Below the pieces are notes generated by a model, which saw only the letters and a program-made list of their open reading frames with translations, made no database searches and was not told where the DNA came from. A program made the translations under genes and the position numbers. Below are positions 20,164-30,085 of a DNA stretch of 64,000 bases, piece by piece; within the stretch, counting starts at the first letter, position 1, and each line of letters opens with the position of its first letter. The stretch covers positions 160,001 through 224,000 of the forward strand of contig JACQIB010000004.1 in NCBI GenBank assembly GCA_016198755.1, read 5' to 3'. Origin of the DNA: Candidatus Aenigmatarchaeota archaeon. Its GTDB lineage: Archaea > Aenigmatarchaeota > Aenigmatarchaeia > Aenigmatarchaeales > JACQIB01.

Positions 20164-20763
20164 ATGATAGAGAAAAAACCTGTTGAAGCAAGAAAAGTAG
20201 TTCCGTTTAGAATAGTTCCAAACACTCCTGGAGGATTAGGTGTGTATGTTAACAGTTCAATAGATAATCCAGATGGAGCAGAAATATCTGGTGAATTTTC
20301 CACTCTTTTACTGCCCAATATACGAGTAGAATCCGGTTCTGTATACGCAGTAGAAGGAACTAAAGCAATTTCGATGCTTCTAACAGGTCATGTGCCAAAG
20401 GGTGTAGATCTTACAGAAATGTACATTGAAAAAGAACTTGCTGCTCAAGGACTTGGAACATATTACTTAAAAGTAGGGGATGTAAGCGATCATATAGACG
20501 TTTCATGGGCAAAGATGGGTACTCTAGATTTAACCCTTTCTACATATTGTCCAAGCCTTGATATGAGAAGGGGAATTTTTGATACACTAGACTTTGGGTA
20601 TGATGTGAACAGAAAAGTTCGCGGGCTTGACTTGAGAAGCACTACAATAAAGAATGTAGAAGGTGTGTTGCCAGCTGACACATCTGATATACAAATGGAT
20701 AAAAATACGAATGTTCCTGAAAACTTAAGAGCATATTTGAAAAGAATGAGCGCTGTTATATAA
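20164..20763 (+). CDS. hypothetical protein, divergent from the double Lrp gene
   Basis: 199-aa ORF with TATA upstream; weak dCTP-deaminase-like feel only. Confidence 0.55.
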   Translation: MIEKKPVEARKVVPFRIVPNTPGGLGVYVNSSIDNPDGAEISGEFSTLLLPNIRVESGSVYAVEGTKAISMLLTGHVPKGVDLTEMYIEKELAAQGLGTYYLKVGDVSDHIDVSWAKMGTLDLTLSTYCPSLDMRRGIFDTLDFGYDVNRKVRGLDLRSTTIKNVEGVLPADTSDIQMDKNTNVPENLRAYLKRMSAVI

Positions 20764-20792
20764 ACACGTAGGTTAGAATTAGTCTTTACAAA

Positions 20793-21074
20793 TCAAGCAG
20801 TGGACATAGGAATTATGTTTTGAGGACCAGAAATAAATCTTCTTCCCATATTCGTTGGATAATAAATTTTAGACTTTCCTGAAGTACGCTTACCCTCGCC
20901 GCGTCTGCGATACACATAATGTCCGCTTTCCAACTTTCTAACAATCTTATAAGTATAGCTTGGATCTTTTCCTAAACCTCGGCAAATATCAGGAACAGAA
21001 CTGCTAGGGTTATTTACTATATACCCAAGAACCTGCATCTCAACAGTACCAGTCCTTGGAACATATTTTACCAT
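20793..21074 (-). CDS. winged-helix transcriptional regulator
   Basis: SSVPDICRGLGKDPSYTYKIVRKLESGHYV...SKIYY. Confidence 0.7.
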   Translation of the reverse strand: MVKYVPRTGTVEMQVLGYIVNNPSSSVPDICRGLGKDPSYTYKIVRKLESGHYVYRRRGEGKRTSGKSKIYYPTNMGRRFISGPQNIIPMSTA

Positions 21075-21118
21075 GAAAATAATTCGATAGAAAACCTTAT
21101 TAAGCCTCCTTAACATGC

Positions 21119-21898
21119 CTAAATCAGATTCACATCAGCTGTCCTTCTGGGCTCATATACATCCTCTTCTGAATAACCTTCCTGTAGAAAATCTCTTTCC
21201 AGTCTCCCACTCCACTTGAATTCCCCCCCAGTGTTAAAGCCCAATTTCTTTATTTTAGCCCTAGTGCCTATAGGCACAAATTCTTTAGCAAGCGGATTGA
21301 AACCTTTCTTTCTAACTGCTTTATGCAAAACAACCACATCCTCCAGAATACACTCCATAGCAGTTGGTTCTGTTATGTTCCTTTCAATTCTATATCTATA
21401 GGGCAAAACCAGCAATGGCAGTTGCCTGCTCATCATAGAACTCAATATTCCTGGGAGAAAATCATGCGATTGGAAGCTTGTCTCGTACATATCTCTCAGC
21501 TCTACCAAAGCACGTGTATGAGGATTTGCAACCCACGGGTCAAATTTCATTTTGTCTCTTGAAAAATCATTTGCACCCATAAAATCATCAACATAAAATG
21601 GACGTATAATACCAGCATCGTCCAGAACAGCATACACGCCAGGATATCGTGTCATCTCATCCTGTATTCTCATCTCCCCAATAGCCAGAATAACACCCCT
21701 GTTAACCAGCAAGGGTACTCCAGTTATCTTAGCTGGTCTTGACGAGCCTCTGTAAACTAATGAACCCGAACCTGAAGAAGTTTCTAATGCAGGCCCCATA
21801 TCAGGCACAACACCAAAAGTTACATTATAACCTTTCTGCACACTATTCTGCAAAAATGTTCTCATTCCCTTAATATCCCTGCTGCTTATGTCTACCAT
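21119..21898 (-). CDS. hypothetical protein
   Basis: ~260-aa ORF, no recognised motif. Confidence 0.55.
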   Translation of the reverse strand: MVDISSRDIKGMRTFLQNSVQKGYNVTFGVVPDMGPALETSSGSGSLVYRGSSRPAKITGVPLLVNRGVILAIGEMRIQDEMTRYPGVYAVLDDAGIIRPFYVDDFMGANDFSRDKMKFDPWVANPHTRALVELRDMYETSFQSHDFLPGILSSMMSRQLPLLVLPYRYRIERNITEPTAMECILEDVVVLHKAVRKKGFNPLAKEFVPIGTRAKIKKLGFNTGGEFKWSGRLERDFLQEGYSEEDVYEPRRTADVNLI

Positions 21899-21960
21899 GA
21901 AATTCAAATTATAATCTGTGGAGAAAAGGATAAATGTGTGTGTATTTGTATAGGATTCTG

Positions 21961-23106
21961 CTATTTTTTAGGAGATTGTTTTCTGGAAGCTAACTCGGCT
22001 TCCCTGAGTGTTGTTTCCATCGCATCCAAAGCTGTCTGGAATTTTGTCATATTCTTGTCAAATATCGAAAGCCTTTCATTCCATGCCGGTATAGAAAACT
22101 CTACATAAGGTTTTCCAAGAACTCCGAGTGCAGATTTCCTATTTGACCTTCCGGGGAAGCACAGGCTAGCATAATTTTCCACTTCCTCTCCAAGACCGAA
22201 TGCAGTTGCATACACAAGATATTTGTCCCAAATAATCAAAAATTTGGGTGGCCTCTCCTTTAATATGCTGAAATCTTTGATGAACATTTTCAACCCACTC
22301 CATTTTAGGAAATGTTCAGTTCCAAGTTCTGTGTAACACATTAAATATTTCTTATATTTTGAAACAAGAATTCCATAAAATAGAGCTATAAAAAAGAGAC
22401 TGAAAATTGAGAAACCTATAGTGGGGATAAATAAAAAGAAGGCAAGGATGAAGTTCAGAATAAAAATTATTTTGGTCCAATATACAAACCTTTCTAAGCC
22501 TGTAAAATCTACTAGCTTCAGTTTTTTAACATCCTCTTCTACAAGTTTTTCCCAGTTTTCAATGAATAATTCATATTTTGGGTTCAAATACACCTTCAAA
22601 GCCAGTTGGCTCATTTGTATACTATCGCTGACCATGTGTTCAGTATACAACTTATAGACAGCTTCCTCATAGGTCTTTAATCCCGGCTTTGAAGTCCTTT
22701 TCAGTCTAGTAATTAAGTAGTCCTTCTCCTTTCCGAATATTTTCAAGTATTTCTTGTGCCCAATTTCCTCTATCTTAAAATACCCCCTTCTAACCAAATC
22801 CAGAAATGTAGCTGTTATATCATCCTCCTTCAAGTACATATCCAGAATAAAAGAAGCTATAGCAGGTCCATAATCATATGGTATTTCCCTAACATAAGCC
22901 GATTCCGTTATCTCTGGCTTTTTCCCATACTTCTTTGAAAGAGAAAAAAATAATAGTGTTTCCAAACCAGCAAAGATAAAAAACAAGGCCAACGCAAAAG
23001 AAAATGATAACAAGAATATTATTCCGAGACCTGAAGCAATAGCTCCTATACAAAAGAACATAAACCATAAAGAGAAGAACAACAGTACAAAAATCACTGG
23101 ACGCAT
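21961..23106 (-). CDS. DUF2207-like membrane protein
   Basis: PAIASF, ATFLDLVRRGY, KWSGLKMFIKDFS, WDKYLVYATAFG. Confidence 0.8.
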   Translation of the reverse strand: MRPVIFVLLFFSLWFMFFCIGAIASGLGIIFLLSFSFALALFFIFAGLETLLFFSLSKKYGKKPEITESAYVREIPYDYGPAIASFILDMYLKEDDITATFLDLVRRGYFKIEEIGHKKYLKIFGKEKDYLITRLKRTSKPGLKTYEEAVYKLYTEHMVSDSIQMSQLALKVYLNPKYELFIENWEKLVEEDVKKLKLVDFTGLERFVYWTKIIFILNFILAFFLFIPTIGFSIFSLFFIALFYGILVSKYKKYLMCYTELGTEHFLKWSGLKMFIKDFSILKERPPKFLIIWDKYLVYATAFGLGEEVENYASLCFPGRSNRKSALGVLGKPYVEFSIPAWNERLSIFDKNMTKFQTALDAMETTLREAELASRKQSPKK

Positions 23107-23124
23107 AAGTATATTTATGATTCC

Positions 23125-24867
23125 CTATAATAAAACCTTTGTACTCCTGAAAACCTTTTTCAGTTCTGTAAAAGGCAGGGTGTTTACAACATCCTTCTGC
23201 TCAAGCCAGCCTCTGCGCGCTGTTTTTATTCCCAGTTCAGTATACCAGAAAGTATTTTTATCATGTGAGTCTGTGTCAATTGCAAACTTGCAGTCGAATT
23301 CTCTTGCAAGCCTTATGTGATCATCCTTCAAGTCCAGCCTGTTTGGCTGCGAATCTATTTCTAAAACAACTCCCAGTTCAGCAGCTTTTGCAAAAACCTT
23401 TTTCAAATCCAAATCAAAAGGCTTTCTCCGTGTTATTAACCTTCCTGTTGGGTGGCCCAAAATTGAAATTAATCCTGTTTCCATTGCTGCTAGCACGCGA
23501 GCAGTGATTTTTTCCTCCGGAGCTTTAAACCCTGAATGAATAGAACCAACAACAATATCCAGCTTTTTCAGCAAACTATCAGGATAGTCAAGAGATCCGT
23601 TTCCTTTAATGTCTACCTCACTTCCAGAAAGAATTTTTATTCCTTTAATTTTCTTCCTTGCCTCCTCTATTGCTTTCAGGTATTTTATCAGCCTCTCCTC
23701 GCTCATACCATGCGCTTGGTACTCTGATTTTGAATGGTCCGTTATTGCAATATACTCATACCCTAGGGATTTGGCTGCAAGAGCCATCTCCTCAATAGAA
23801 TGGTTTCCATCAGACCAGTTTGTGTGCAAATGCAAATCCCCGCGGATATCGGAAAGTTTAACAAGTGCTGGCAGTTTTCCTGCAGCCGCAGCTTCAATCT
23901 CCCCATGATTCTCTCTCATCTCAGGCTCTATCCAGTGCAGCCCCAAAGTTTTGTAAACTTCCTCTTCTGTTTTTCCAGCCAATTGCTTTCCAGTTTTCCT
24001 GTCAAATAACCCATATTCGGAGAGTTTATACCCCTTTGCAATAGCCATTGTCCTAAGCTCTACATTATGATCCATGTTTCCTGTAAAATACTGAAGAGCA
24101 GCTCCATAGCTTTCAGCTGGAAGTACCCTCAAGTCAGCCTGCAGCCCATTTTTCAGGACAACAGTGCTTTTTGTTGGCCCTTTAGAAAGAACCCTCCCAA
24201 CTTCAGAAAGTGTTGTGAAAACTTCCATTACAGCAGCAGGCTTCCTGCTTATAACCAAAATATCCAAATCCCCCACAGTTTCCTTCCCCCTTCTTGTTGA
24301 ACCAGCAATTTCCGCCTGTTCTACAGCCGGATTTTTCCTTAATTTTTCAACTATTTGCTTTGCAATCGGGAGCGCCTCGCCCAGCAAATAGCGTTCTTTG
24401 CTTTTCTTCAGCATATCCACAGACTGCAGAATATTTTTTTCAGATTTTTCCCCGAAACCAGGCAAGTTTCTTAATTTCCCTGCTTTTGCAGCAGCAGCTA
24501 AATCCTGCACTGTTTTGACTTTTAGTTTCTTGTAAAGGAAAATAGCTTTCCTCGGCCCAATACCTTCCAGTTTCATTAGATTCATCAACCCTTCAGGTAT
24601 CTTCTTTCCCAGCTGTTCTATCTTATTTATTCTTCCGGTTTTCAAATACTCCTCTATATTCGAGGAAATTGTTGCCCCAACCCCTGGTATCTCCTGCAGA
24701 GCTTTCACTCCCCCCTGCTTGTAAACTTCAGAAACCTCTGTAGGCAGGCTATCCAATACTCTGGCTACCTTCCTGTAAGCTATAGGCTCCCATTTTACTT
24801 CTAAAATATCCAGCATATCTGCTATTTCGTACAGCAGAGCAGCTATCTCTTTATTGGCTGAAGGCAT
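23125..24867 (-). CDS. polX: DNA polymerase X with PHP domain
   Basis: AGSTRRGKETVGDLDIL, DLRV, YFTG; PHP GDLHLHTNWSDG, ITDHS, GHPTGR, DTDSH. Confidence 0.95.
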   Translation of the reverse strand: MPSANKEIAALLYEIADMLDILEVKWEPIAYRKVARVLDSLPTEVSEVYKQGGVKALQEIPGVGATISSNIEEYLKTGRINKIEQLGKKIPEGLMNLMKLEGIGPRKAIFLYKKLKVKTVQDLAAAAKAGKLRNLPGFGEKSEKNILQSVDMLKKSKERYLLGEALPIAKQIVEKLRKNPAVEQAEIAGSTRRGKETVGDLDILVISRKPAAVMEVFTTLSEVGRVLSKGPTKSTVVLKNGLQADLRVLPAESYGAALQYFTGNMDHNVELRTMAIAKGYKLSEYGLFDRKTGKQLAGKTEEEVYKTLGLHWIEPEMRENHGEIEAAAAGKLPALVKLSDIRGDLHLHTNWSDGNHSIEEMALAAKSLGYEYIAITDHSKSEYQAHGMSEERLIKYLKAIEEARKKIKGIKILSGSEVDIKGNGSLDYPDSLLKKLDIVVGSIHSGFKAPEEKITARVLAAMETGLISILGHPTGRLITRRKPFDLDLKKVFAKAAELGVVLEIDSQPNRLDLKDDHIRLAREFDCKFAIDTDSHDKNTFWYTELGIKTARRGWLEQKDVVNTLPFTELKKVFRSTKVLL

Positions 24868-24869
24868 AA

Positions 24870-25127
24870 TTATCTATAAACCTCCTTTCTATGTTCAAAC
24901 CTGAGCAATATTATTTTATCTCCTTCAATAGAATAAATAAGCCTGTAGGGTTTAATGTATATTGTTCTCTCTCCCTTTAGATCATAACTAAGAGGTTTTC
25001 CAACTTCTGGCCTTTCGACAATCTTCTTTAACTGTTTTTTTATCTTCTCCTTAAGAGAACCATCCTTTATTTTTTTAATTTCTTCCTCAAATTTATCCGT
25101 TGGTATAATCAGCTTTATTTCTACCAT
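24870..25127 (-). CDS. RelE/ParE family toxin
   Basis: GKPLSYDLKGERTIYIKPYRLIY...FEHRKEVY. Confidence 0.85.
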   Translation of the reverse strand: MVEIKLIIPTDKFEEEIKKIKDGSLKEKIKKQLKKIVERPEVGKPLSYDLKGERTIYIKPYRLIYSIEGDKIILLRFEHRKEVYR

Positions 25128-25402
25128 TTTTCCAGCTCTTTAAAGAACTTTTCTTTAGTATAAATTTTATATCTGCCCTCTTCTATATCTTTCCATGCTT
25201 CCTCAACGAGCTTTAATGTTCTCAAATCTTCTTCTGTCATTTGTGTATTCAATTTTTTCAGAATAATAGTATCTTTTCTTGCGCTCACGGCAAATGAGCT
25301 ACCTTCCCTTATGCCAACCATCTTCCTTATATCACTTGGTATAACTATCTGTCCTTTTGAGCTGGCGCGTGTTATCTCAGGCAATATGCTCTGTTTTCTC
25401 AT
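25121..25402 (-). CDS. AbrB/MazE family antitoxin
   Basis: SSKGQIVIPSDIRKMVGIREG; overlaps toxin start. Confidence 0.88.
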   Translation of the reverse strand: MRKQSILPEITRASSKGQIVIPSDIRKMVGIREGSSFAVSARKDTIILKKLNTQMTEEDLRTLKLVEEAWKDIEEGRYKIYTKEKFFKELEKW

Positions 25403-25494
25403 ATATGTAAGATATTCTTACTAGTATATAAATATATCCTATTAATATTAGAGAGGAACATAACTCTTATAAACCTTCCCTTCCCATTCTGCGC

Positions 25495-25920
25495 ATGGAA
25501 GAGCAATGCATATTTTGTTCAATTGTAGAGGGAAAGATACCCGCCGCAATAATACATGAGGATGATGTTGGATTGGCTTTTCTGGATATAACTCCGGCAA
25601 CAAAAGGGCATACTGTACTTATTAGCAAAGAGCATTATGAGGATATTTTTTCTGTACCTTCTGAAAAACTTGAAAAACTTATTGTATTTGCAAAAGGGCT
25701 GATGGAGCATATAAAAGAAAAACTTTCTGCCCAAGGATTCAATATGGAGAGTTTTATAGGGTCAGCCTCAGGTTCGATGATAAAGCATTTCTCTTTCCAC
25801 TTAATACCCCGCTATGATGATGATGGACAGGAAAGGCCATTTGCAACGAGAATGAAGTTTGGGAGCAAAGAAGAGCTAACAAAGTATTTGGAAGAAACTG
25901 CTGAGAAAATAACAGAATAA
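25495..25920 (+). CDS. HIT family protein with altered triad
   Basis: CIFC, AFLDITPATKGHTVLI, HFSFHLIPR. Confidence 0.85.
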   Translation: MEEQCIFCSIVEGKIPAAIIHEDDVGLAFLDITPATKGHTVLISKEHYEDIFSVPSEKLEKLIVFAKGLMEHIKEKLSAQGFNMESFIGSASGSMIKHFSFHLIPRYDDDGQERPFATRMKFGSKEELTKYLEETAEKITE

Positions 25921-25938
25921 TTAATATTTTCAACACAT

Positions 25939-26346
25939 TTACAAGCTTTGTTGAGGTGCTTTTGGTATTAACAACTCTTCTAACTGTTCCCTGACAGCCA
26001 AAAGTCTAGCCCAATTATCAAGATATGTAACCTGTTCTGTCGGAACCCACTCTTTAGACTCTTTGGCTCCGTCAGCAAGAAGTTTTTTCCTGAAGGCATC
26101 ATAATGATCACTATCCACTCTTCTCGCCGTATAGATTGCAAATATATCTGAAGATGGAGGTGATGTTCTGGGACTTTCAACAGGTTTTACCAAAAGTTTC
26201 AGCGAAGGAATATAAACAACACGTCTTGCACCATGTGACATAGATTTTCCATCAGGAAATTCTGTGCTAGTATCATAAGTAAAAACTATGGCCCGTATAG
26301 CAGATATTTCTGCAGGACTTCTGCCAGATAAAGAATCACTTTCCAT
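25939..26346 (-). CDS. hypothetical protein
   Basis: 135-aa ORF with TATA-like element upstream. Confidence 0.5.
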   Translation of the reverse strand: MESDSLSGRSPAEISAIRAIVFTYDTSTEFPDGKSMSHGARRVVYIPSLKLLVKPVESPRTSPPSSDIFAIYTARRVDSDHYDAFRKKLLADGAKESKEWVPTEQVTYLDNWARLLAVREQLEELLIPKAPQQSL

Positions 26347-26412
26347 AGAAACAATTAAGTATACATAAAGGATTTATAGGCTGTTGATATGTAAAATTCC
26401 TTTACCGAATAG

Positions 26413-27324
26413 TTATAAAACACATTTTTCTTCAATCAAAATTATTTTCTTGTCTGCATCTATTGAAACCTTAGCTCCGATGGGCAGGGTTGCAACAGGA
26501 GTATGGTGGCCAAAATCTTCTGTTTTCAGAATTGGAAAATCCTTTCCAGCTGTTAGCTCCAATAAACTTTGTTCCAGCTGCTTATCTTTGGGCCATTCTT
26601 TCTGCAGCCCATAAATAAAACCCACAACAACACCCTTTACTTTATCAAAAACTCCCAACTCTTTCAATTTTTCCAGTGCTTTGTAAACGTCATCACACCT
26701 CATGTGGTAGTCTTCTAACATTAGGATAGAGTTTGAAAAATCAGGCCAGAATTCTGTTCCAGCCAATTTAAGCAGAGCCCTCAGGTTCCCTCCCAAAAAC
26801 TTTCCCTGCGCATGTCCTGCGCGGATTGTTTTTCTCTCTCTCAAAGCAGGAACCTCCCCTATTTTCCCTTTTACGAGCCTGTCTAGGAAAATTTTCCTGT
26901 CATAATCTGTAGAGTATAATCCAAAGCAGTGCCTTATTTCCGGTCCCTGAAAAGTTATAAGTCCTATTTTTACATAGATTGCATTCAACAAAGCTGCAAC
27001 ATCGCTGAAACCAACAAAAACTTTTGGATTTTTCTTTATTGTTTTCCAGTCTATAAATTCTAAAGTTTTTTGTATATTATTCCCCCCAACCGTAGAAACA
27101 ATCCCTTTCACCTCAGGGTTCTGGAACAGCTCATTCAAGTCCTCAGCTTTCTTTTTTGGGTCTGTGCTGTTAAAGTTTTTGCTCAGTAAAACCTTAAACC
27201 CAAGCTTTTCCAGCTCTCCAACACCCTTCAAAAAGCGCGGATCATTTGGCCCACCCTCTACTGGGTCAGAAGGAGTGCAGGTTCCCAGTTTATCTCCAAT
27301 TTTCAAACGCTTTGGTATAATCAT
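26413..27324 (-). CDS. S66 peptidase (LD-carboxypeptidase/MccF-like)
   Basis: GFSD (Ser), GGNL, LED (Glu), FGH (His), TLPIG. Confidence 0.9.
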   Translation of the reverse strand: MIIPKRLKIGDKLGTCTPSDPVEGGPNDPRFLKGVGELEKLGFKVLLSKNFNSTDPKKKAEDLNELFQNPEVKGIVSTVGGNNIQKTLEFIDWKTIKKNPKVFVGFSDVAALLNAIYVKIGLITFQGPEIRHCFGLYSTDYDRKIFLDRLVKGKIGEVPALRERKTIRAGHAQGKFLGGNLRALLKLAGTEFWPDFSNSILMLEDYHMRCDDVYKALEKLKELGVFDKVKGVVVGFIYGLQKEWPKDKQLEQSLLELTAGKDFPILKTEDFGHHTPVATLPIGAKVSIDADKKIILIEEKCVL

Positions 27325-27330
27325 AATGTC

Positions 27331-28029
27331 TCACTCAACAATCTTCTTTGATTCGCAGTTGTCTGTGCAGGGTTTTGGGATAAATTCCCTTAAAACCATT
27401 GTTTCACCCTTCACTAGCTTTGAAAAATTTTCCTCAGCTTCGCGTGCCTTCTCTTTCAAAACCATTTTATAGTGCATTGGAATTGTAAGCTTTGCCTTAA
27501 TAGTGTTAGCTGCCTCAGCAGCTTCCTCCACGCCCATTGTAAATTTTCCCCCCATTGGCAGGAGAGCAACATCTATGTTTTTCAATTCTCTCATCTCAGG
27601 GACAAAATCTGTGTCCCCAGCATGGTATAATCTGCCAGCAGGCAGGTTTAGAACAAACCCAACCCAGTTATTTGCACGTGGATGGAAGCTTAGCCTGTCT
27701 TCTTTAGTGTTGTAAGCAGGAATTGTCTCAACTTTAATACCGAAAATATTGTAGGTTTTTTGCGATTCAACTGGTATAAAACGTGCTGGAGAAACCAGTT
27801 CTTGCTGTAGGTTCGCAGGCCCAACCAGAACAGTCTCGGGCTTCAATATTCTTTTCAAATCCTGCTCACTAAAATGGTCATAGTGGGCATGGGTAATAAA
27901 AATCACATCAGCTTTCTCTTTTGTTTCAGGTATTTGAAACGGGTCTATATACAGGAAGTTTTTCTTGTTCAGGAAAATGGAAAAGGAAGCATGCCCAAAC
28001 CAGCGCAGGTCGCGAAGTAAGTCTGACAT
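27331..28029 (-). CDS. MBL-fold metallo-hydrolase
   Basis: WFGHASF, THAHYDH, YHAGDT, IPMHY. Confidence 0.9.
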   Translation of the reverse strand: MSDLLRDLRWFGHASFSIFLNKKNFLYIDPFQIPETKEKADVIFITHAHYDHFSEQDLKRILKPETVLVGPANLQQELVSPARFIPVESQKTYNIFGIKVETIPAYNTKEDRLSFHPRANNWVGFVLNLPAGRLYHAGDTDFVPEMRELKNIDVALLPMGGKFTMGVEEAAEAANTIKAKLTIPMHYKMVLKEKAREAEENFSKLVKGETMVLREFIPKPCTDNCESKKIVE

Positions 28030-28076
28030 GAAACCTATTGGCGAAAAGGATATTTATAGGTTTGAACCTGCGCAAC

Positions 28077-28286
28077 TCAGCCGCTGCGGTTCATAACAAG
28101 TGATAAACTCTCATTCAAAACACCCTTTACTGTTTCATTTACAGTGTGTGTTCCGAGAGTTGCTGTGTTCTGCAGGTTTAATGTTATCTGGGCGACAGCA
28201 ACAAGCACAACAGCTGCAACCAAAAGCATTGCCAAGTACTTCAGAGGAAGGCCTTCTATTCCCTTTAAACGAAATACTTTCATCAT
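28077..28286 (-). CDS. pilin-like protein with class III signal peptide
   Basis: RLKG|IEGLP followed by hydrophobic helix; last gene of pilus operon. Confidence 0.7.
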   Translation of the reverse strand: MMKVFRLKGIEGLPLKYLAMLLVAAVVLVAVAQITLNLQNTATLGTHTVNETVKGVLNESLSLVMNRSG

Positions 28287-28291
28287 TTATA

Positions 28292-30085
28292 TCACGTCAA
28301 ACTCTGCAGCAATAGTATGCGCGTTGCCAATAATGTAACAGTAAAGACTATTAAAACCGCTGGAAATGATTCTGCCAGTTCAATACCGTTTGCAACAGGA
28401 TCAGAACCCCAGCCTATCTTGCTAACATACCTTACAAGTACAAAGTTCAGTCCAATAGCATAAATCCCAACAATAAGTAAAAGTATATCAGGAGTTATGC
28501 TTGGTTTTGAAATAAGTGTCGGACCTATGTTAGGAAGGTTCTGGGTTTGTATAGACTTTGTTATCATTTGAAAGAGCACAATTATAATTGAGGTTACAAG
28601 CGGGGAGAAAACCAAAGCTGTTGCCTTCATCATTGTAAGGCTTTTTCTTAAAAGTTCTTTTATCCAGTCATCAACAGCATTCAACTTCTCTAGATAAGAC
28701 AAAATAAGGGAAGCTGTGGAAGCTGCAGCAGCTGTTCCTCTGCTAAGGGAAGCTGCAATAAGTATAAGGAAAGACCTTATTAATTTTGAATCTATTTTCT
28801 CAAACTCAAGCGCTTTATTCAAAGGTAAGGAACCTGCACGCACTTTGTAAACAAGCCTGTCCAAAAGCCCTGCTATATCGCTCCCTTTGAGCAGTTTAGC
28901 TGTATAACTCAGAGCTTCTTCTATTGGCTTTCCCTCTGCAAGCTTGTTGCGTATATGGTAGAGAGCAGCAGGAAACTGTTCCTCTATCTTTCTAACCTCT
29001 TCCCGTTTTGCCTTGAACGGATAATAATTACTATAGTAGTAAACAAAAAACCCTATTCCAATACCCCATATTATAGGAAAAGTTGAGAGCGGCTTTACAG
29101 CAAGCAAAAACCACTGGTTAATAATAACCCCAAAATAACCCAAAAGATAAACAAATCCCGGGAATGCAACCAGAAGGGAAAGCAAAATAGCAGCAGGCAA
29201 GCTTTTGTTTTCCAATTTGAACTCTATACCTCCCATTGAGGGGGGCCTTTTCCTGAGTATATGCTCTGAGTAAAGAAAGCTTGCAAAAAGCGTTGTAAAA
29301 AGGAAGAGAGAAGTTGGCAAAGGACCAACATCTGCCCCTAAAAACGATATTATTGGAAAGAGGGAGATTATCATTAGCGGGACGATTGTTCCTATACTGA
29401 AAAGCAAAAGTGTTGGTATATGCAGACCTGAAGCATACTCTTTTATTTTTGCTATCGTATCCTTCAAAAGCGTTTTTGTTGCCCTATCCAAATCCTTTAT
29501 TTTAGCTTTTGGGTCAGACTCGCTGAAACTGGCTTCTATAAGAGAAACAGAAGACTGAAAAGCAGGGGAAAATTTCCCCCATTTCCTTCCAACTTTATCC
29601 AGTCCTTCCAAAGCATTCTTATACTTCCCAACAGCAACCTTCCAAACAGCTTTTTTCAGGTCATCAGCAACTAATCCAGTAGAATTCTCAGCTGCAAATT
29701 TCATTGCTCTCTCGGGTGAAGGGCTGCCTCTCAGGTATATGGAAAGCTGTGATAAAACTAAAGGAGCAGTACCCATGGCCTGCATAGCCTTGTCATTCGC
29801 AGCCATTTTAGGGTATTCTGTGAAAAGATAGAAAGTCAGGAAAGCTAAGGGAACTAAAAGTATAGTGTAGATTGGATTAAAGCCGAATAAAATAAATGAA
29901 AGAGACAATATTATTGCTACTGTTGATAAAACAAGTAAATAAAAATAGCCGGCTCCTAATATTACCGCAGGCTCTGTTTTCAACTTTAACAATTTAGCAG
30001 CATTTATCAGTTCTTTGCTTGGCTCTGATTTTAACAGAGAACCTGGAAAACAGGCTTTATCAAAAAGGGAAATATAGTTAACCAA
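28292..30085 (-). CDS. type IV pilus/Tad membrane platform protein (TadB/C, ArlJ-like)
   Basis: Two T2SSF-like repeats, multiple TMs, coupled to the ATPase gene. Confidence 0.75.
   Translation of the reverse strand: MVNYISLFDKACFPGSLLKSEPSKELINAAKLLKLKTEPAVILGAGYFYLLVLSTVAIILSLSFILFGFNPIYTILLVPLAFLTFYLFTEYPKMAANDKAMQAMGTAPLVLSQLSIYLRGSPSPERAMKFAAENSTGLVADDLKKAVWKVAVGKYKNALEGLDKVGRKWGKFSPAFQSSVSLIEASFSESDPKAKIKDLDRATKTLLKDTIAKIKEYASGLHIPTLLLFSIGTIVPLMIISLFPIISFLGADVGPLPTSLFLFTTLFASFLYSEHILRKRPPSMGGIEFKLENKSLPAAILLSLLVAFPGFVYLLGYFGVIINQWFLLAVKPLSTFPIIWGIGIGFFVYYYSNYYPFKAKREEVRKIEEQFPAALYHIRNKLAEGKPIEEALSYTAKLLKGSDIAGLLDRLVYKVRAGSLPLNKALEFEKIDSKLIRSFLILIAASLSRGTAAAASTASLILSYLEKLNAVDDWIKELLRKSLTMMKATALVFSPLVTSIIIVLFQMITKSIQTQNLPNIGPTLISKPSITPDILLLIVGIYAIGLNFVLVRYVSKIGWGSDPVANGIELAESFPAVLIVFTVTLLATRILLLQSLT

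Noticed and set aside
20164-20763. dCTP deaminase assignment
   Set aside because: Resemblance is vague and the catalytic RSS/E motifs are absent
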